This document shows positions 59,243 through 64,000 of a stretch of 64,000 nt of DNA, piece by piece. The position numbers were made by a program, and so were the translations under genes. Positions within the stretch are counted from its first letter, which is position 1. Every line of letters starts with the position of its first letter. The stretch spans positions 39,469-103,468 of the forward strand of contig JAGVCW010000029.1 in assembly GCA_020059045.1 (NCBI GenBank), given 5' to 3'. This DNA comes from Minisyncoccota bacterium. Lineage in GTDB: Bacteria > Patescibacteriota > Minisyncoccia > Phycocordibacterales > Zambryskibacteraceae. The notes under the pieces were generated by a model, which was not told where the DNA came from, made no database searches, and saw only the letters and a program-made list of their open reading frames with translations.

Positions 59243-59375
59243 ATAGAAAATTATACTACATTAAATAAAAAAAGTAATACACTTAAGTCCACCATGTTTA
59301 TAAATATTTTAAGCCATTGAAAAAATGGTGAAAAAATAATAGCATAGTGAATTGTTAAGGTGTTTATGGCCCTAC

Positions 59376-59535
59376 TCATCTCGAGAGTACTCGAGATGAC
59401 GGGCAAGTAGCCCTATTCGCTTTGAGTACACTCGAAGCGACGGGCAAAGGCCCAATTCGCCTCGAGAGTACTCGCGACAATGGGCAAGCCCTATCGCCCT
59501 TCGGGGATACTCAGGACGATAGGTCTCTGGTTTTA
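59376..59535. repeat. Four degenerate tandem repeats of about 40 bp, each hairpin-forming and each starting with a copy of the tRNA-Glu 5' end (GCCCTAT…)
   Basis: Units at about 59376, 59418, 59458 and 59497. Internal palindromes around AGTACT (e.g. TCATCTCGAG-AGTACT-CGAGATGA). Directly abuts the tRNA at 59540. Confidence 0.7.
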
Positions 59536-59539
59536 AGTA

Positions 59540-59611
59540 GGCCCTATCGTCTATCGGTTAGGACACATCCTTCTCAAGGATGGAAGCGCGGTTCGATTCC
59601 GCGTAGGGTCA
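59540..59611 (+). tRNA. tRNA-Glu (anticodon CUC)
   Basis: Hand-folded cloverleaf: acceptor GGCCCTA/TAGGGTC, D-stem GTCT/GGAC, anticodon stem CATCC/GGATG with loop TTCTCAA, T-arm CGCGG-TTCGATT-CCGCG, discriminator A. CCA is not encoded. Confidence 0.8.
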
Positions 59612-59618
59612 CAAAGGC

Positions 59619-59647
59619 AAAAAATCTGCACTGCTGCAGATTTTTGT
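59619..59647 (+). terminator. Rho-independent terminator after the tRNA
   Basis: AAATCTGCA-CTGC-TGCAGATTT followed by a T-run. Confidence 0.65.
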
Positions 59648-59855
59648 GCACTTTGTGAAGTCGGAGGCATATCTCGCAAGCTTGCGAGAAGCCGAGACCG
59701 GGTCTGGAAAATTAGCTTTTGACGAAAAGCTAATTATTGTGGACCACACATGCTTAGTACGCGAAGTGTTCAACGTTGCCTAACTGCGGGCTTTATGGTA
59801 AAAGAATAGTAGAAGGTTCTTACAACTGAGTTTCTAACCTGAGACAGGAGAAATC

Positions 59856-60308
59856 ATGAATTCAGACAATGACCCGCTCGTTATGCCTTGGCAAAAAATG
59901 CTTGCTCTGTGTTGCTGCTTGGTGGTTGGACTCGGCCTGGTCGCAATTGGACAGATGGTGGCCTTACCGTTTCTGATCACAGTTGGTTTAGTCTTAAATG
60001 CATCAGCTACTGGTGCTCTGTTGATCAATGCTCTGGAACAACTGCGCGAGCGACAAAGCACCGTAGTGACCCATCGCTGTCGTCTCTATCGCACAGGCGA
60101 TGGTCTGACAGAAAGCTCACATGCGGGCAGCTTCGTTGAACTATGGGATACTAAAGGGCATCCCAGAGTCCAAAACTTGCCCAGGGGTAAGCTCTGGAAG
60201 ACGTTCACCGGAGCAAGTGGGCAAGAAGTGCGAGGGAAGATTGACTATTACCGATTAAAGCATGACATCATGCATGCCGGTGACTATGATAGTCAAGGCA
60301 TGATCTGA
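59856..60308 (+). CDS. Hypothetical membrane protein (GC-rich segment)
   Basis: Two N-terminal TM helices. About 50 percent GC against a lower-GC background. Confidence 0.45.
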   Translation: MNSDNDPLVMPWQKMLALCCCLVVGLGLVAIGQMVALPFLITVGLVLNASATGALLINALEQLRERQSTVVTHRCRLYRTGDGLTESSHAGSFVELWDTKGHPRVQNLPRGKLWKTFTGASGQEVRGKIDYYRLKHDIMHAGDYDSQGMI

Positions 60309-60463
60309 ACGTGAAGAATGAAAGTGAGCCGGCACCGTGATGGGTGTCCGGCTCTTTTATATTTTGTGACGACCGCGGTGATGCCGAAAACTTGCGAAGT
60401 CCAAGTAATGCTTTTGATTTTATACACGGACCCATCGAGTCCGTCTTGTGCTAAAATCAAAAT

Positions 60464-60901
60464 ATGAAAGAAATGCAATTCTCAATCGAGATACATGCTA
60501 CGAAAGCTAAGGTTTGGGATACTCTGTGGCAAGATGAAACACTTCGCGAGTGGGCAAGTATCATTGATCCAGGAACATACATGGTTGGAGAAATGAAAGA
60601 AGGAAATGAAATTCAGTTTATCTCATCTGAAAACGGGTACGGTGTAACAAGTAAGGTTATAAAGCTGACGCTAGGTGAATTTGTGCTCCTTAGACATCGT
60701 GCAGATACGAAGGCAAGTGGGGAGGAGGAGCGTGAAAAGGAGTGGACTGGCGGCGAGGAAAGTTACTCATTAATGGAGAAGGACGGCGCTACAACGTTAG
60801 TCGTTATCTTTGATGTTCCGCCAGAACTGGAAGAATATTTTAAGATCAACTATCCCAAAGCTTTGGAGCGAGTTAAAGTATTGGCCGAAAGACAGAAGTG
60901 A
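60464..60901 (+). CDS. SRPBCC-superfamily protein (AHSA1/polyketide-cyclase-like)
   Basis: …HATKAKVWDTLWQDETLREW… start is typical of AHSA1-like SRPBCC proteins. About 145 aa. Confidence 0.6.
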   Translation: MKEMQFSIEIHATKAKVWDTLWQDETLREWASIIDPGTYMVGEMKEGNEIQFISSENGYGVTSKVIKLTLGEFVLLRHRADTKASGEEEREKEWTGGEESYSLMEKDGATTLVVIFDVPPELEEYFKINYPKALERVKVLAERQK

Positions 60902-61002
60902 GTGTCCAAAATATTTACTTCTTGTTTTTAATGAAATGTGGTAGAAAAGGAGAGGAACGCTCTTACTACACGAATTTCAGGCCTGCAACCGGGAGAATCA
61001 AA

Positions 61003-61236
61003 ATGCTCAATAGTACTGATCGTATATGTTTTTTGGAAACGCAGCTGACTAAAATCATTATTTGCATAGGAGTAGGACAAATGTTGGTGGTAGCGGGAAT
61101 TGTCACTGCACTGCCAGCGTTGTTATACTCAAACGGAGTAGTAGTCACAATGGTAGCAACTGGAGCGCTTGTCTTAGGTGGTCTAAGACTAAGGAGCCAA
61201 GGAGAACAACGCAGTGCCGATATTCCCGCCGATTGA
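61003..61236 (+). CDS. Small two-TM membrane protein
   Basis: Reading from an internal Met of ORF 60898..61236. Confidence 0.3.
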   Translation: MLNSTDRICFLETQLTKIIICIGVGQMLVVAGIVTALPALLYSNGVVVTMVATGALVLGGLRLRSQGEQRSADIPAD

Positions 61237-61268
61237 CACGAACTTTAGACCTCCACGAGGAGACGAGA

Positions 61269-61481
61269 ATGAAATCGGAACAAGTAGTGCTCGTATTGTG
61301 GCGAACTGGATGGATGGCAGTGGCGGTAGGAGTGGCCATAATGATTGGATATCTGATTGTGGAGGAAGGTCCGGCACTAATTAGGATTCTTCTAGGGTTG
61401 GCTGCCGCTTTCGTCATAGTTACTTGTATTCTCATGGCGTTTGGTTTTCATGTAAGGCCCAAATCTAAGTACCACTTCTAA
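61269..61481 (+). CDS. Small two-TM membrane protein
   Basis: MKSEQVVLVLWRTGWMAVAVGVAIMIGYLIV… read from an internal Met of ORF 61062..61481. U-run terminator at about 61530-61545. Confidence 0.35.
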   Translation: MKSEQVVLVLWRTGWMAVAVGVAIMIGYLIVEEGPALIRILLGLAAAFVIVTCILMAFGFHVRPKSKYHF

Positions 61482-61569
61482 CGGAGTTAGATGTCCACAG
61501 TTCAAAGCCGTCCCTTAATGGGTGCCGGTTTTTTTTTGCTCTGTTGAAGTAGAAACTTTCGAGCGCTGC

Positions 61570-61604
61570 ACAAACAGTGCGAGGGGAGCCCTCGCACTGT
61601 TTGT
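61570..61604 (+). repeat. Conserved 35-nt hairpin element, copy 1 (ACAAACAGTGCGAG-GGGAGCC-CTCGCACTGTTTGT)
   Basis: 14-bp stem with 7-nt loop. The same element recurs at 62791-62824 and 63662..63696 with wobble-compatible changes. Confidence 0.7.
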
Positions 61605-61628
61605 TCGTTTGAAACTAGTATTGGTATA

Positions 61629-62765
61629 ATGACAAGAATGTTGCACACTCTAGCAAGATTTATTTTTATAGCTATCTTTGCAATTACTGCTTTTATTCCT
61701 TTTGGTACACATGCTCAGGAATTGCACGATGATTACCATGGCACGCTCCGAGGTAAAGTACTTGAAGTTATTAGCCAGGAACAAAAACAGATTCCTGGAA
61801 CAGATACTGAGCATCTTTTCCAGTCAATAAAAGCCGAGGTTATAGAGGGAGATAAAAAGGGAGAAATAATAGTTATTGATAATGATTATTTAGAACTAGA
61901 TGTTGGAGACAAGTTTTACTTTAATTATCTTGTGGATATAAATGGATTTGAAAGTTACGCAGTTATCAATATTGACAGGCGCGACTCACTAGCGTTTCTC
62001 GGTTTAGCGTTTATCTTTGCAGTTATCTTGTTTGGTGGAAAGCAGGGCATACGATCTCTCATTGCACTACTTGGTAGTTTTCTTGCTATCTTTTACGTTC
62101 TACTACCTGGGCTTCTCAATGGTTGGAACCCTATAGTGGCCAGTTCTCTCGTGGCAAGTGGCATTCTGTTTTTGGCAATATTTTTTACTCATGGTTTTAA
62201 CAGAGAATCATTGGTGGCATATGGAGGCACAATGATCGCAGTTTTACTAACTGGTTTGTTTGCGGTCGTGGCTGTAAACGGAACAGACTTATCTGGGTTC
62301 TCTTCTGATGAATCTGTCTATCTTAATTTTAACACTAGAGGAGCCTTGGATTTCACCTCACTTCTTTTGGGAGCAATTATTATCGGGGTTCTCGGAGTCC
62401 TTGATGATATAGCAGTTACCCAGGCTGCAGTTGTGAGCGAACTTTACAATAGCAATCCGGACGCTAGCAGAAAGGAAATTTACAATAGGGCTATTAGAGT
62501 TGGCCGAGAGCATGTTAGTGCTTTGGTAAATACTCTTGTCTTGGCATATACAGGGGCTTCCTTACCACTTTTACTATACTTCCACATGGCACCATCAAGT
62601 TTTGGGTCAATAATAAATATGGAAATTATTGCCACAGAGATTGTTCGAGCTATAGTCGGAAGCGTTGGTCTGATACTTACAGTTCCTATAGTTACCGTTC
62701 TCGCCGTTTTTTATCTTAAAGGATATAAGTTAGAGTACCACCACCAGCATACTCATACACATTAA
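61629..62765 (+). CDS. YibE/F-like multi-pass membrane protein with His-rich C-terminal tail
   Basis: Signal peptide, N-terminal extracytoplasmic domain, and about 8 TM helices. C-terminal HHQHTHTH. The YibE/F call is an architecture-level guess. Confidence 0.5.
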   Translation: MTRMLHTLARFIFIAIFAITAFIPFGTHAQELHDDYHGTLRGKVLEVISQEQKQIPGTDTEHLFQSIKAEVIEGDKKGEIIVIDNDYLELDVGDKFYFNYLVDINGFESYAVINIDRRDSLAFLGLAFIFAVILFGGKQGIRSLIALLGSFLAIFYVLLPGLLNGWNPIVASSLVASGILFLAIFFTHGFNRESLVAYGGTMIAVLLTGLFAVVAVNGTDLSGFSSDESVYLNFNTRGALDFTSLLLGAIIIGVLGVLDDIAVTQAAVVSELYNSNPDASRKEIYNRAIRVGREHVSALVNTLVLAYTGASLPLLLYFHMAPSSFGSIINMEIIATEIVRAIVGSVGLILTVPIVTVLAVFYLKGYKLEYHHQHTHTH

Positions 62766-62790
62766 TTAGTTTATTGGTGGTTCTAATCCC

Positions 62791-62824
62791 ACAAACAGTG
62801 TGAGGGGAGTCTCGCACTGTTGTT
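62791..62824 (+). repeat. Conserved hairpin element, copy 2; acts as the terminator of the preceding gene (U-run follows)
   Basis: ACAAACAGTGTGAG-GGGAGT-CTCGCACTGTTGT then TTTTTATT. Confidence 0.7.
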
Positions 62825-62951
62825 TTTATTATGGATCGTATCGAAAGTATAAAGATTAATATATGGATGAATTAAAGAAAAAGGTTTCTGAATCTTTAGA
62901 AAAGAATAAATAAAAAAGACCCGCTTCGCTTTCGCTAGGCGGGCCTCTGCT

Positions 62952-63464
62952 CTACTCGCCAGTTAGAAACGGAAGAGAAGTTACCTCTTCAATCTCTATG
63001 AGCCAATAGTTGTTCTCCAGTTCAGCACAGGCTACAGCTGATTCTGGTGGCCGCACGATACTGACGATGTTCGCTCGAAGCTTGTAGGCTGCGTGCCCGA
63101 GTGATTCGGCACTCAATATGCCGATTTGGTCGAAACAACCTTCCCGCTCAAGCTTCTTCTCCAGAATGTAGAACCTTCTGGAGTGAGTCTCTTGGTACTG
63201 TTCCCAGCACCACGATCCAACCGTCAGATGCTCACGCGGGTTCTCGGTTGCCCACTTACACGATGGACACTCGTGGTAACCGAACTCTTTGATGAGCCTG
63301 TCTTGCACTTCCCATGTTGCATCCATGATCCCGAGACTCACCGAATCCGATCCGGTGTTCCAAGGACCTTGAAGTGTAGAGAAGCTGTGAAGGTTCTTCC
63401 TGCCCAACTGTCTGCTAAGGTACGCAAGTGTAATCTTCCAAACGATCCAGCGCAACGGTCTCAT
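62952..63464 (-). CDS. Hypothetical protein (GC-rich segment)
   Basis: 170-aa ORF, Trp/Cys-containing. No recognisable motif. Confidence 0.4.
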   Translation of the reverse strand: MRPLRWIVWKITLAYLSRQLGRKNLHSFSTLQGPWNTGSDSVSLGIMDATWEVQDRLIKEFGYHECPSCKWATENPREHLTVGSWCWEQYQETHSRRFYILEKKLEREGCFDQIGILSAESLGHAAYKLRANIVSIVRPPESAVACAELENNYWLIEIEEVTSLPFLTGE

Positions 63465-63661
63465 TGTCTTCTCCTTAAAGTGGGTTTAGGCCAAATTAAG
63501 GATCTTATCCGCTTTCTACCTTAGAGTAGGGGCAAAGGATAAGCGACCACTGTACAGTCCTGATAGCCCAAACAGACTGTAACACTCTATCTACTATTAT
63601 ACTCTATTTCGTCTATTTTGTCAAGAATAAAATGACATACAAAAGTGGCTTAAAATAATAC

Positions 63662-63696
63662 CAAAACAGTGTGAGGGAAGTCTCGCACTGTTTTGG
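63662..63696 (+). repeat. Conserved hairpin element, copy 3
   Basis: CAAAACAGTGTGAG-GGAAGT-CTCGCACTGTTTTGG. Confidence 0.65.
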
Positions 63697-64000
63697 CGTA
63701 TTTTATGGTCAATATCTTTGCCAAATTGTCCTTGATAATACAACTCAAGTATGCTATAATTAAGATGTAGTTCTTTGTTACACCACGAGTAGGAATACTC
63801 ATCACTAAGCCAGGAATGGCTATCCCAGGAATGGGAAAGGAGAACCACATGTCTTTGAACATCGCGGAGCAGCTCGTGAGTGGCATTGAAAATATCGAGA
63901 GAATGAGAAAGGAGATCAAGATCGTTCTCACAACTCTCTGCAACATGCTCACCTATCACCTCAACAGATGGGCTGATAACCCGGGAGCCGAGGTTTTCCC

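Noticed and set aside
59376-59535. Possible CRISPR array
   Set aside because: The repeats are degenerate, contiguous with no unique spacers, number only four, and each mimics the adjacent tRNA 5' end. No cas genes are nearby.
59422-59658. 78-aa ORF (MSTLEATGKG…)
   Set aside because: It reads straight through the four tandem hairpin repeats and the tRNA-Glu gene. It is a translation artefact of structured RNA/repeat DNA.

Overview
This 64 kb window reads as a streamlined, low-GC bacterial chromosome segment dominated by housekeeping genes (pheST, gyrB, thrS, dnaE, rnhB, rpmF, nusB, rnc, an smc-like gene, rnr, rpsP, trmD, rpoB-rpoC-dnaG-rpoD, uppP, hisS, truB, typA). The truncated aminoacyl-tRNA synthetases and the many small membrane-protein paralogs suggest a Patescibacteria/CPR-like lineage; this is an inference, not a database result. 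No CRISPR array and no rRNA were seen. One tRNA-Glu (anticodon CUC) is present. Strongest hunt results: (1) a complete NlpC/P60 papain-like domain with an intact Cys-His-His triad inserted inside the B5 domain of PheT; (2) a NusB-NUDIX fusion inside an RNA-processing gene run (rnhB-rpmF-nusB/nudix-rnc); (3) a threonine-specifier T-box leader upstream of a ThrRS that lacks its N-terminal editing domains; (4) a triplicated tandem cassette of small two-TM proteins next to a stand-alone RecB-family PD-(D/E)XK nuclease; (5) three membrane-anchored paralogs sharing a C-terminal PCPGIK...C module, interrupted by an IS1595/ISXO2-like element and a promoter-to-terminator noncoding RNA with RNase P-like motifs; (6) a hutH / AstE-AspA / GNAT-like metabolic patch beside the IS; (7) four degenerate 40-bp hairpin repeats mimicking the 5' end of tRNA-Glu immediately upstream of it, followed by a GC-richer segment; (8) a 35-nt hairpin family repeated three times; (9) a typA 5'-end duplication that creates an N-terminus-mimicking uORF. 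All functional calls are motif-level readings of the translations; no searches were run.
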